This document shows positions 24,126-37,800 of a stretch of 64,000 bases of DNA, one piece after another; position 1 is the first letter of the stretch, and the number at the start of each line of letters is the position of its first letter. The translations under genes and the position numbers were made by a program. The notes beneath the pieces were generated by a model. It had not been told where the DNA came from. It searched no databases and worked only from the letters and a program-made list of their open reading frames with translations. The stretch comes from Chiloscyllium plagiosum (Eukaryota): NCBI RefSeq assembly GCF_004010195.1, contig NC_057753.1:12170842-12234841 (forward strand). The letters are read 5' to 3'.

Positions 24126-27100
24126 AATGTATGTCATATATTATTGTGAATTGACATCTCCATCAAGTTTGTTGGGTATTCTTCATGCTGAAATAGAGTT
24201 TGGACTGATAAAAGTTTCAACATTCGTGCAGGATGAAAATGTAACAGAAGAGATGAATTGAACACCTACCTTTCATCTGCCATGTTCTTCTCGGTGAGAG
24301 CACGGGTGAGTGGATCTGAGTCCACGAAAAGCTCGGCCATGACCTTATTGCATGGTGGAGCAGGCTCCAAGGGTCGGACGGCCTACTCTTGCTTCAATTT
24401 CGTATGTTCTTATGTTCTTCTGAAAGTCAACTGGGACACGCACTTTTCTGATGAAGAGTCACCGGACTCAAATTTCTAACTCTGTTTTCTCCTAACAGCT
24501 CCTACCAGACCTGCTGAGTTTCGACGGTAAGTTGTGTTTGGTTTCAGATTTCAGCATCCACATGTCTTCATTTTGTTGTTCTGCTGCAGACAATAATATG
24601 AGATAAATATTAACAATTGTTCTGATAATACATTTGAAAGTTCTGAACACACAGTGGACTTTGACAAAATCCACACTTTTATTGTTTGTGCAACTCGACG
24701 AGTTGACAAAATGCACGAATTTACTTTTTCCTGTGTTGCATCTGCCGCACAGTTCAGTTTGTTCCGACAATGCAGACAGAAAATCGAAAATTGTTATATC
24801 ATCCAAGGGGCATTCCAGACATTTTCTTGATCATGGGTTTACGCACTGAGTTCAGTTATAACAGTGACCAGGTGTGAAGAGCATCAAAAAATACTTCAAC
24901 GTCCATCAAGCCATCAATAGCCCCGACATCCAAGTTACGAACACCCAAATCACACCTCGCTAACCTGGACATGGGTTAGAATGCCTAAGTTATGAGTACG
25001 AAAGCAAATCATCTTCACTGAGCTCAAAGTAGTACTCAAACGACAAAGGAAAATTACAAAGACAGCTTGAAGGCTTCCGTCCAGAAATGGAAAAGATGTC
25101 AACACGTGGGAGCCCGTCGTTCAGGAAGAACTGACTTGAATCTGTTGCAGTTGTCGTTGAGAGTGCAGTGCTGGAAAAGCATGGCCGGTCAGACAGCATC
25201 CGAGGAGCACAAGAATCGACGTATTCGGCACAAGCCCTTCATCAGGAATCTATCGCCTCCAGGGACACACTTTGAGAACAGCCACCCACAAGCTGAAACA
25301 AGGAACAGGAATTGGAGATAGGGCTGCCAGCAATGTCAAAGCCAAAAAGTAATTCCAAACCCCTCAGCACAAGCCAAGTGTGTGGTCTTAAATGGAGATC
25401 CTGAACTTGGGACATGACTCATGCCTGAAACCACAGAAACCGTGTCCAATGACAAGGAATTTTCTAGTTTGAAATCGAACGCTGCAACGAGTGATTTGAG
25501 AACCATGACCAGTTTAGACACATTGCAACATGCACCAGAACATGGTCGAGTCACACCTACGTCATGCTGGTCAGCAGTTAGATACTCTGTCCATCGCATT
25601 GTCAGCCCAGGTCGTGTTTTAGCAGATATCCTGCAGAATTGAGATGTTAACAGAGTCAAGACCGGGAAGAGTAAACGTCACAACATGAACAAAAAGCAAA
25701 GATAATAACGCTACTATTTCAACTGAGTCTTAAAAAGGCTTGCACTTTCTGAAAAACAAACCATATTTGTTCCCATATGGCTGCTTCACTGTCATCTCTT
25801 TCCCTGTTGGAAATTTCCCCCTTTTCATCCACAGTTATTCCTCCATTTCATAATTCACTCTCGGGAAATGCGCCTTCATGCCTAGTATTTTGAATTCAAC
25901 ATCTTGAACAAATTCATCGAGAAATTTCTGGCTATTTCTAGCCCGGGTTCTGGATTCAGACGAGTTGAAGGACACTTTTTATTGGTGATGTACAGCCCCT
26001 AAAAGCAGGCCCCTGTTCTTTTCTTTCGTGCAGCACGTTTGCTGAACAACATCAAATTATTACAATTCCACTTTCTTCCAAATGAAACCAAAGACGACAA
26101 TCTGAACCTGTTCAAACTTCAATGTTTTGCCAAGGATTGGAAGGCGTTGAGACTGGGAAAAACTGACAGTACACATTCCTACAGTCAGTATTTAGCAGAA
26201 TCAGGTTTCTCTGGTCCTGGTGCCTCTTGAAGCATCACATCGGAATACTTTTTATCTTAAATTCTGTAGCCCTGCTTTCCAGGTTCACACTGAGCAACAT
26301 CATTGTAAATCTTTTGGCAATATGCTCTGCGAAAATGCAGACATATCTACTGTATTCATTGATTATATGAACAATTATTCCATAAGTAAATGTTTTGTAG
26401 TTGTATTTATATCTGTCTGGCATTCCAAGGAAAAACTTCAAATGCACAAAGTGGAGAGAGAGCCTGCAGAATATTTATCGGGTGCATTTATGAAAAGTAT
26501 TTTCATCATCACTTGGTCAGCACAGACATGATGGGCCAAAGGGTCTGTTTCTATGTTGTAATGTTCTCTGACCGACTATGATTGTCGGTTCACCCTCTTG
26601 ACTGAATGAACAATAAATTATGACAGTGTTGGGAAATAAAAACAGAAAGAGCAAATGATACTGAAAATCAGGATGAAAAGCAGAAGTTATGGAAAAGCTG
26701 AGTAGGTATGGCAAAATCGGTGAAGAAAAATCCGACTGAAAGTTTTGGGTCGAATTTGAAGGAAGGATCATCACACCGAAATAGAAACTCAGAGTTTTTC
26801 TTCACAGATGCTGCTAGACCTGCCAAACTTTTGCAGCAACTTCTCTTTTTGTTCATTACATTATTGACGGTGGTACTGAGTTGTCGGAGACTGCAGTATA
26901 TCAATGTACAATGATGTACTGACACAAAGACTGAGCACTCCCATAAACCATCTTTGCAGCTGCCCACCAGAAACTCTCATCACTGCCGACTTCTCAATAT
27001 GTCATCTCACTTGTGATCCAATCAAAAGGTTTCACTTCTTCTATAACAAAAGGGTTATAACTGACTGGCAGAATGCACCAACCCCTGAGGGATGCTAAGT

Positions 27101-27697
27101 CCCAAGTGTATCCTCTGTTCTGCAGAACCACATTTTACAGGATCGAATGCCCAAACACAGGAACTTTACTTTCGTGGCACGCTACCAAAATTCGACATTG
27201 TTTTTCTCAGATATTGCCAGAGGGAGAAAAGCAACCCAATGGTCTATACGCAGCTTAAATATCTAGATGTGATTTGTTGACAAAAAAAATTAAGAAATTT
27301 GCTGAGAGCATCAACAACGTTCATTTCCGTCCAGCCTAACAACAGAAACCTCAAGTGACTGAGACTTTTACAGGCGGCTCTGACTCATTAGTCAGCCGCT
27401 ACTCAATGCTTTTAATTGGTTAGTGTGGTTCAGATGTGAGTTACGTCATGTCCACTTCTTGATATTTTAAAGCATGTCAGCGTTATCCTTGACCAGTGAA
27501 TCGATAACGTGCCTTTCTGGAATGGTTCACGTAAAGGCACAGGGGCAGTACTCAATATTGCACAATATGTTTGCCATTGTTCGGATTATTCTAAACTTTC
27601 ATTATGTGAATCCTATGGCAAGTTATTCTCTCAAACTGAATGCTGCAGTTCCATTTTACTGGAGGGTTTTGCTGGATCAAACATATTTGTTGAATTT

Positions 27698-28197
27698 NNN
27701 NNNNNNNNNNNNNNNNNNNNNNNNNNNNNNNNNNNNNNNNNNNNNNNNNNNNNNNNNNNNNNNNNNNNNNNNNNNNNNNNNNNNNNNNNNNNNNNNNNNN
27801 NNNNNNNNNNNNNNNNNNNNNNNNNNNNNNNNNNNNNNNNNNNNNNNNNNNNNNNNNNNNNNNNNNNNNNNNNNNNNNNNNNNNNNNNNNNNNNNNNNNN
27901 NNNNNNNNNNNNNNNNNNNNNNNNNNNNNNNNNNNNNNNNNNNNNNNNNNNNNNNNNNNNNNNNNNNNNNNNNNNNNNNNNNNNNNNNNNNNNNNNNNNN
28001 NNNNNNNNNNNNNNNNNNNNNNNNNNNNNNNNNNNNNNNNNNNNNNNNNNNNNNNNNNNNNNNNNNNNNNNNNNNNNNNNNNNNNNNNNNNNNNNNNNNN
28101 NNNNNNNNNNNNNNNNNNNNNNNNNNNNNNNNNNNNNNNNNNNNNNNNNNNNNNNNNNNNNNNNNNNNNNNNNNNNNNNNNNNNNNNNNNNNNNNNN
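27698..28197. other. Assembly gap
   Basis: Run of 500 N. Confidence 1.
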
Positions 28198-29367
28198 TCA
28201 AATATCTGTGTCATTAAGATTTCCTTGCTATTGAACCTTCTATTTGATTGAACTAAGATACTTGCGGGAAATAATTCAGAAAAAGAAAAACTTGATAATT
28301 TCTTGATGAGCACATGCTCATTATAATTTTTCCAAGGCTAATGGCGAGTCCTCATCCAAATAACCTTTAGTGATACAATTTTCCTACACAGATTTCAATG
28401 ACACTTCTTTTGTGGAAAATGCAGAATTAAAATAAATTTAATATTTAACAACTTTTTCAAAATGGGAGAGATAGGACCAGCTGTCCACTACAATTGCTCT
28501 GATTTTAATCATAAATTTATTAATGCAAGCGGACATTCTTCTGAAAGGAGTGAGATGAATAACTTTCCTTGCTCCAAGAATACGTGAAGAAAAGCGTGTT
28601 TGAAGTTAACTGGCTTGGTTAAACCTGACTGATCTTGCAAGGTGGACCATGGTTCTTAATGGAACCAACACCTCCTTACTGAGGTTTATAAGCGCAGTTA
28701 GTAAATGGTTATGTTTTATTCTGAAGTTAGTAGCCCCACGTTTGGGGAGATGTATAATCTGTCTTAAGTTCTGATAACCTTTTAAACATTTTTGTTACTT
28801 TATTAATGAACAGTAATTCTAATTTATGTAGTCTCAAGACCATTATACATCGTTAAGGAGTCAGATTGGAGCAGATCACCATTTCTTTGGCCTGCTGCAC
28901 ATTGCTTTTAAATTAAATCTCTAATCATTTGACCCACGGTAGCTGTACTGGAAAACTCTGAAGGAACAGTTTTCAAGTATATCTGGTCGGCATGGACGAG
29001 TTGGCTGGAAGGGTTTGTTTCTGTGCTGTGCGCCTCAATGATTCTATGCTCTGTGGTTATGGGTCCCTTAGTACTACCCCATTTACTAAATTTTATTTTA
29101 CGAGCTCTATCTCTTTAATCATTACATTTTTTTCCCATTGGAGCTAATGTTTATTCCAGTGTTACAACGTCAAAGGACTCCGTGCTCTATCTGACTTAGT
29201 TTACATCTAAGTACGCTCTGTAACTCTTACAGTTTCACTAGGCCATGATTGTAATGTGTCTAGTACGTGCCTCCTTGATGACCACACTGAGCACGCAGTT
29301 GTTAAATGCACAAGATCCGATGACTGGTTATGCAATTGCATTGTTTACCGAATCAGCTCCTGTCTCT

Positions 29368-31819
29368 GTTCACAGTTACTGATCAAACTGTCCACCTATT
29401 TATTTTCTACTCAATTGTCACTGCTATCGGTGCCCCTGGTAAGTCACTGATGTTCGAGAAACTCGATTACCTATTCGTGTATTTCCAGAGGTTTATTCCT
29501 TATCTTTCCAGGATTCAGTAGAATTTTCCTGAACTGCAACTCTTTGATTTTAAAGCACTTCAACAGATCTACAGGCCGTATAAAACATCATGAAATAATA
29601 CCTGCAGCAAACTTATAGAAAAATGGTCTATGAAAATTGAGAACTGCGTTGAATCACAATGCATGAACATTAAACAGATTGCGTTAAAATCCAATTCAGT
29701 AAACTGCAATTTGGTCCATTGTAGGATGATTGGTTTAACATAGTGTGGTAAAATGCCTCTCTGCAAGGCTTTCATTACAGTATCTAAATATGAATTACTT
29801 TGTGGTTGTACTTTAGAAGACATTTTGTAATATAAAGCTATGTTCACTGATTAAACGAATCTACAGCATGTGCCGTGCAGGGGGTGTAATAAAGTGTAGA
29901 GTTCCCAAAGGACAATAGAATCGTTAATGTGGTCTTAGGACTTATTGAAGTTTAGTCTCAAAGACGTCAATATCGATGCAATATTTTTGAACTTTTGTTA
30001 GTTTGCTTTTCTGCTGTGAATTCTCTCAAATTTCAAATCATTATATTTTCAATAATTTACCAAAAAGATGTTATCCTCAATAATGAGAACGCGCAGTTCC
30101 ACCTCATCTCAAATTATCTCACTGCATCCAGCAAGCACCAGATCAATGTGGCAAACTAATTTAGTTTTGAGGAATATGAAATATTGACAAATGCTTTGAC
30201 CAAAGGAACGTCTGAATGAAGAGAGCAAAAGCCGAGCTGCTCAGGTGGTAATTCCAACAATTTGGGTTTTAGTCATTAAATCTATAACAACACATTTTGG
30301 AATATTAAATTGAGGGATGCACAGGACATAGAATCAAACTTAATATGATATTTTAGACAGTTGTATGATGCCGCGTGAATGGAATTCACTAGTGTCGGGA
30401 GCATCTGAAAATTTGAAGGATGAGGTTGCAAAGAGTGAGACATCTCTGGAAGGATCCAATGTCGGTCAACATTTATGGGTTAAAGGCTGGCCCGTGCTTG
30501 ATATGAATATGTTCATGTCAGCCGCATTATTTTTGTTGTTGCGAATTGAACAAGTAGCTACTTGGCACTACCTCAGTGACTGGAGAGCGATTTTGTTTTC
30601 CTGGACTGATCACATTGACAGATGATGTGGTGGTGATATGTAAGACGGGTGGAGAAAGTCAGACGGGACAGTAGACCTGGTTATTGTCCAATGGGTTTGT
30701 TTAAAATAAGAAGATTTTGGACTGCTATTCCATCGTAAGGTGCATCGCAAGATGTTTAATGCTGCACTGGATGTCTAATAATTGTCAATGTTTTCAAAAA
30801 TAAGGTGGACACTGGAAGTGCCAAGGTGATAGTTGAAGGCTGTTCTGTGCAATATTTCACGAAGATTCAGACAAAGTTTCGATTGAGTTCAGTAATGTCT
30901 CATTTGGTTTTACACAGCCAATTTGCTGGCGATCATAATTCTATTGCGAGGACGGTGTGGTCTCTCAAGGTGTATCACCTACTACCTGGTGGCGATCGCT
31001 GTGAGTTAATTCCTTGTCATTACTACTGCAGTCATCCTCAATCGAATCAGCCGCATCTATTTTCAGAAATGTCTCTTCTCCGCCAATCCTGCGTGCACTC
31101 TCAGTGTCGTATTGGTCTATGCCACTCTGGATTGCTCGGTGTAGCTGACAGTGGCCTTTACCATCGATCGCTCTGCAGCCATCTGCTATCAGAGACAGAA
31201 GACCAGATACAGCAATGAGAAGACTGCATTACTGGTTATAGAAATGATCTGTGTTCTGTGTTGCGTCAAGACCATCCCTTTGTACTTTGCATTCCAGCCC
31301 TTGTTCATTTTGGAAGGGGTATCATGGTTTTGCAACATCAAAGCCAGCTTCTATACCTGGCCAGTCTGGCAGGTATATGATTGGCTGTTTCGCATCATGA
31401 CGCCTTTTCTCCCATTCTTTGTCATTCTGCTGCTAAACATCCTTAACATAAGACAATTCATAGCGGCCAACAGAGCTCGCAGGAGGCTCTGGGGTGGCGA
31501 GAATCGACAAGATCCAGAAATGGCGAACCGTCAAAGGTCCATTGTCTTGCTGTTTGCCATCTCTCTCAGTTTCCTCCTCATGTGGTCCCCTGTTGTTGAA
31601 CATTTTATCTATGTGCAGCTGAAAGCTAAGAGCGACTTCGATGGACTGGATTTCAGTAACCCGAAGTACACATTTGAAGAGAGCACCAACATACTCCAGT
31701 TACTTAGTTCCTGCAACAACGTCTTCATCGAAACGGTCTCACAGAATTTATTTCGAAAGCAGATGAAGAAAGTTCTGATTTACCCCTTCGTCATTCTCGG
31801 CAGACATTTTAAAAGATGA
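29368..31819 (+). pseudogene. GPR139/GPR142-like GPCR pseudogene (exons ~29368-29438 and 30918-31819)
   Basis: Exon 1 ...IFYSIVTAIGAP/GTAAGT has lost its ATG. Exon 2 reads ANLLAIIILLRGRCGLSRCITYYLVAIAVS*...DCSV*LTVAFTIDR and continues through TM7 (ORF 31151-31819), with two in-frame stops. Confidence 0.82.
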
Positions 31820-33687
31820 ACGATTAGAAAACACTTCATCTTGTTTCTTTCCCAACAGAGTGGCCTAGCGTTCACTACTACCATCTACATTCGATAAAGA
31901 AATCTGATGAAAAGAAGCCCCAGTCTTAAAGGGACACAAGGACTATACTCCTGCTGTACAGATACCTGAAGCATAGCCTGAAAGAATGCAGAAATATTGG
32001 AAATTATTTCCTTCTGGACATGAAGCGAATTTATGATTTGTATCCACCCACACTTCCTCCAACTCTCACTGCTCTCGTATAGTTCATATTTGTTTATTCA
32101 TGTCCTTTCCTCATTGTTTTGCTGTTGATATCATTTTCCCATCTCTTCATTCCTTACTCACAGCATTCCTTCCAGTTATCCTTCAGCACTGTCGCCCTGT
32201 TTGCCATTATTTCATTTCTTAGAGCTGTCATATCTCCCGGTCCATCTAGTTCACGATGTTCTGCAGAATAACGTGATCTTCAAGAAGACCCATAACCCAA
32301 TACTTGTGTTTGAACTGTGTCTTCAGGAATGTGTGTTCTTTTTCTTGTTGTGTCTGCAGGTTTTACATTTATTCTCCTGTACTCCTCGGAGTATTGAACA
32401 TTGTAACAACATCATTAGGTTCTTCCCTAGTTTCTAAATCAGAACTTCATTTTCTGGACCTGAATTTCATATAAACAAGAATACATGCTCAAACAAAACC
32501 AAAATTCCAGTTTCATGGCATCAATAATTTTGCAATAACTATGATTGAGACTGTCATTATATAAATTGCCACGCTCTATGTCTCAGATTCTTGGAGCACT
32601 CCAACTAATAACATTCGGCCATCCTGAGAATAATCCATTCCTTTCTACAATTTGAGCTCTCCTTATTAATTCATCACCTCAACTTAACATCAATCTCGTA
32701 TTCTCTAATATATTTACCGACTTCCTGTATGGGATGTTATCAAAAACTTTCAAAATAACGAAAACACATCACATCTGCAGGTTTCCCCTTATCAGTGCTA
32801 CAATTAGCATCCACAAAACGAATTCGAGAGGGTTAGCCAAACATTCCATCCCTTTTGTGACTCCGTATTAACTCATCTGAAACATATCATTGTTTCGAAA
32901 TGTCTATTTGTCGTGTCCTTCGTTATATGACCTGGTAATTCCTTATAATTGACTCTGGTCCATGTTTCTGATCCCGCTCTACTTAAATAGTTGGATTATT
33001 ATCCCTTTTTTTATAATCCTCAGGAACTTTTCCAGAACTTCTCGAATTTCCAACGATAACCATCAATGCACTCATTATCTATCCAGCCACCTCATGCAAG
33101 ACTCTGGAATGGACCCCATTTGGCCCAGGAATTTATCAACCTTCAATGTAAGAAGTTTTCTGATCTCAGCATCCAAAGGGTTTTCATGCTCTGGACTCCT
33201 CCTCAGATATCATCTATTATTGGTAAACAGACACTTCAAATTTTTGAAATTTATTTATAGATGAATGTTCAGACAGCAAAACCGTCGAAGGAAAATCATT
33301 CAATAATTTCACAACTAAAGATAGAAACAATTGGGAAAAATGCAGAGAAGGACTGAGATGTCCTTCAAATTAGGCAGAAGACCTAAGCTCACATTTTAAA
33401 ATAGGAACTCTTTGATGGAGTAATCAAAACACGTGGAAGGGTTCTTCAGAATTTGCAGGTTGCTGTTCTCGTTTTACGTGTGTGCAATTGTGCAATATTC
33501 CAATATTACATAGCAGGCATGAAATGGTGAGTTATTAGTTTCGTTCATCGGACCAGAAACGAAGGTAAATGTTCGAATGTAATTGACACTCTCCAGACTC
33601 TGAAATTGTATAAATTAGAGACCTTTTTGTTTATGTCACGGAGCTCAAGCGAGGAGTTTTGATATTTCGATTAGTTTATAACAAGTG

Positions 33688-35088
33688 ATGCATGGCCCAG
33701 CGAATGTCTCGTTCAATGCCCTGTATTATTTAGAACTTGCTACTACTGATGTCCCTTAGTCGGTAACACATTCTAACGATTTGCTTTTAAGTTCAACTAA
33801 GTAGTTTCTATTAAATTTCACGATCGTCTTTATTTTCTGATAGTAACCGCTGAAGGAAACTCAGCCCAGATCACTATGTATATCCAAAATATTGAGATGT
33901 ACTAAATTGCACGCGTTTGCAGTGCACAACAACATTATACCCAGACTGTTATTCTGAACAATTAAGTCACAATTAGTTATTAGATTATTGGTTTGTGAAT
34001 TTTAATGTGTGACATTGCCTGAATAATATTCAGATTAACTGCACAAAATTAAATTTTACTGCAATGCTGGCAACGTCAAGCAGCTGTTTTTGCTAATGTC
34101 TGGAATAATGCACTATTGTGTTCAATAATTTTATGCACAGATGACATGATGATCCCAAAGAAAATTATTGCACATGCGTCATTATTTTAAAGATTAGAAG
34201 TGTATCTTGTGATTACTCAAGTCAGTTCAAAAATTCTTAGCACTTTCCCCCAGCCAACCAGCTGGCGATCATTATACTATTACGAGGATCGTGCGTACTC
34301 TCTGGGTGCACCAACTTTTACTTGGTGGGGATAGCAGTGAGCGATTTTCTTGTGATCATTACTGGGTTCATCCTGACTCAGATAGGCGGCATTTAATTCT
34401 TACACAGCGCCCAGTCCGTGACTACTGCCTGGGCAGTCAGCACCATGAGAATCTAAGCCAGCGGAATGGCTCAGTCTGGCTGATTAGTATTCACCATCAG
34501 CCGTTTCGTGACTCTGAGGACCAGGTACTGCACCGAGAAAATGTATCACTGTTCATTGGAGTGGTTTTCGTCCTGAGCTGCATCATGAACCTGCCTTCAG
34601 ACTACTTCTACTAGCCCTTGTACATTGTGGACTGGGTGTTCTGATTCTGTGACTTCAGATACTCGTCCTGTAATTCATCTGCATGGAAGTCGTATTACCA
34701 GCTGAATCACATCTTGACGCTTTTTCTCCCCTTCCTCCTTATTCTGCTGCTCAGTGCCGTGACTGTCAGATACATCTTGGCAGTCAGTAGTGCCCGAAGG
34801 AGGCTGCAGGTCCATCATACTGCTCTTCACCATCTCGATCAGCTTCCTACTTCTGAGGGTCACCTTTTTGTCGGGCGCTTCTTCTATGTGTAGGTTACAG
34901 GTGAGGAATACTTCAGTGGCTTGGATTTCACTGACTCACAGTTTATTCTCCAAGAAACGACGAACATGATGCAGATACGACGTTCCTGCACAAACGGCTT
35001 CATTTATGCAATATCCCAGAACAAGTGTCGAGATGAACTGAAGAAGGAGTTATTGTCTCTCTTCACATCTCTCGCTGAGTGCAAATAA
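33688..35088 (+). pseudogene. GPR139/GPR142-like GPCR pseudogene, paralog of 19788-21246
   Basis: ATGCATGGCCCAGCG exon 1 with a stop and damaged donor; exon 2 from 34254 has multiple deletions and stops. Confidence 0.78.
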
Positions 35089-37569
35089 TTTTGTCATGTT
35101 CTCCGTCGATCAGAGTGGTTTAGTGTGTAACACACTGTCTCCCTCTCAAAATTAAATTACGTTTGTGCGTTCACGCTTCTGTCCTGGAATTATGACCAGT
35201 CCGTTTTCCAACCTTGACATCCTCTGTTAATAAGACCAATAGAAAATAAAACGAGCAGAAGATGTATTTTCAAGGATGAGATCCTCAACTGTGGACTATG
35301 TCTGTGATGAATATGTTACACTTCCAGTGGTCCGGGCTATATCATTTGATATTCGTCTCTTTCTCTCCCGTCGCTCCTTCCCTCACAGTCGCCATTCTTC
35401 CGTTATTTCCTTCCTTCTTCTCCCTCATTCGTGTCTCAGCACTACCACATCTACTTCTTTGAATCGTTCACGTTGCCTTTCACTTTGACACAGGTCCTGA
35501 TGAACAGCTCATTGCGTCCTCAACAATGATCTCGACAGCTTTCATGTTTTCGCTGGATGGTATACGCCACGCCTCTCCTGGTAAAGCTCAGCTTTAGTTT
35601 AAGTCTTTTACAGTATTTGCAGTATCCGAAGAACACAGCGCCCCCCCACCCCAACCTCCCCACACCAAACCTCGACATACACACGTATATTCTGCCCTTT
35701 AAGTCAAATGTCGTGCTCGTTTACTTCACCACAAGAAAATCAAGGTTATTTTCATGACTTCCCAACGTTATGTTTTGATTAATATTATACAAGACAAGCC
35801 GAAACGATGTTTTGCTTCCACTTTAGACAACAATTAACACAATTGTCAGGTCCTGATTGTCATTTCTCTCCTTTCCCTCTGTCAATATTCTTAATGGAGT
35901 AAGCAAACCATCTGGTGGTGCATTCAGATAAATTAAGTGCGACGCTGTTCAGTTACTGAAATTTAATATGTCTGGTATTTATTCCACAATAAATATGATA
36001 TTATCACGAGGACAAACAATTGCTCCTCCATTGCAAGTATTGTGGACATCGTCATTGTTATTTATCTGTTTTGAATGACACTAAATAATTAAAAATATAT
36101 ACATATGTTTAAACGTGTGTCACATACTCTTGCGAATTGAACATCTCCACCAAGTTTGTACGTATTCTTCATGTTGCAGTAGAGTTTGGACTGATAGAAG
36201 TTTCAACATTCGTGCAGGACGAAAACGTAACAGAAGAGATTAATTGAACACCGACCTTTAATTTGCCATGTTCTTATCGGTGAGAACACGGGGAAGTGGA
36301 TCTGAGTCCACGAAAAGATCGGTCATGATTTTATAATGGTGGAGTAGGCTTGAAGAGCTGGACGGCCTACTCTTGCTCCAAAGTTTTTATGTTCTAATGT
36401 TCTTATGATCGTCAACTGGGACACGCTGTTTTCTGATGAAGAGTCTCTGGACTCAACATTTTAACTCTGTTTTCTACGAACAGCTGCTACCAGACCTGCT
36501 GAGTTTCGACAGCAAATTGTGTTTGGTTTCAGATTTCAGCATCCACATGTCTTCATTTTATTGTTCTGGTGCAGACGATAAAATGATATACAAATTAATG
36601 ATTGTTCTGATAATATGTTTGAAACTTCTGAACATAAACTGGATTTTGACAAAATCCACACTTTTTTGCCACTAATTTAATCTTTCCTGTGTTGCATCCT
36701 CCGCACAGTACAGTTTGTTCCAACACCTGAGACAGGCAATCAAAAATTGCTACATCATCCAAGAGACGTTCCAGCCATTTTGTTGATCAGAAATTTGCGC
36801 ACTGAATTCAGTTATAACAGTGACCAGGTATGAAGACTATCAGAAAATGCATCAAAGTCCTTCAAATCATCAATAGCCCGAGCATACAAGTTACGAACAC
36901 TTAAATCCCACTCTGCAAATCTGGACATGTGTTAGGGCGCCTAGCCGATGACTATGAAAGTAAGTCATCTTCACTGAACTCGAAGGAGTACTAAAACCTT
37001 AAAGGAAGTTTTTAAAGACATACTGAAGGTTTCCCTCCAGAAATGGAACAGATTTCAACACGTGGGAGACCGCCGTTCAGGAAGAACTGACTTGAATTTA
37101 TTGCATCCAGGGACACAACTCTTTCAGAAAAACCACGCACGAGCTTAAACTTGGAACAGGAATTGTAGAAAGTAATGCCACCAATGTCGAAGCCAAAAAG
37201 TAATTCCAACTCACTCAGCAATGGCCAAATTCGTGGTCTTAAGTGTGGATCTTGAACTTGGTCCGAGTCATGCCAGGACCCACAGAAAAGTGGCCAATGA
37301 CAAAGAATTTTCTCGCTTGAAATCGAACTCTTTAACGAGTGATTTGAGAATCAAGACCAGTTTAGACACATTGTAACATCCACCAGAACGTGGTGGAGTG
37401 ACACCTATGTCCACCTGCGTAGCACTCAGATGTGCTGTTCTTTGCAGCGCCAGTCTAGATCATGTTTTAGCAACTATCTTGCAGAGTTGAGTTGTTCACA
37501 GAGCCATGAGCGGGAATAGTAACCTTCACAACGTGAACAAAAAGCGAAGATAATAATTGATACTATTTA

Positions 37570-37800
37570 CGTGGAGTTTGCACGTTCTCCCCGTGTCTGC
37601 GTGGGTTTCCTCCGGGTACTCCGGTTTCCACCCACCGTCTAAAGATATGCAGGTCAGGTGAGTTGGCCATGCTAAATTGCCCGTAGTGTTAGGTAAGGGG
37701 TAAATGTAGGGGTATGGGTGGGTTGCGCTTCGGCGGGTCGGTGTGGGCTTGTTGTGCCGAAGGGCCTGTTTCCACATTGCAATGTAATCTAATCTAAAAA
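37570..37800 (+). mobile_element. HE1-like SINE, 5'-truncated
   Basis: GTGGAGTTTGCACGTTCTCCCCGTGTCTGCGTGGG...AATCTAATCT; absent at the homologous site in block A (~25720). Confidence 0.8.

Larger units (their letters stand above)
17850..27697 (+). repeat. Segmental duplication block A
   Basis: Colinear with 29420-38965 (shared intron, GPCR and intergenic sequence), with indels and copy-specific TE insertions. Confidence 0.9.

Noticed and set aside
24651-24673. CACAGTG...ACAAAATCC
   Set aside because: Spacer is only 7 bp and the heptamer is not conserved in block B.
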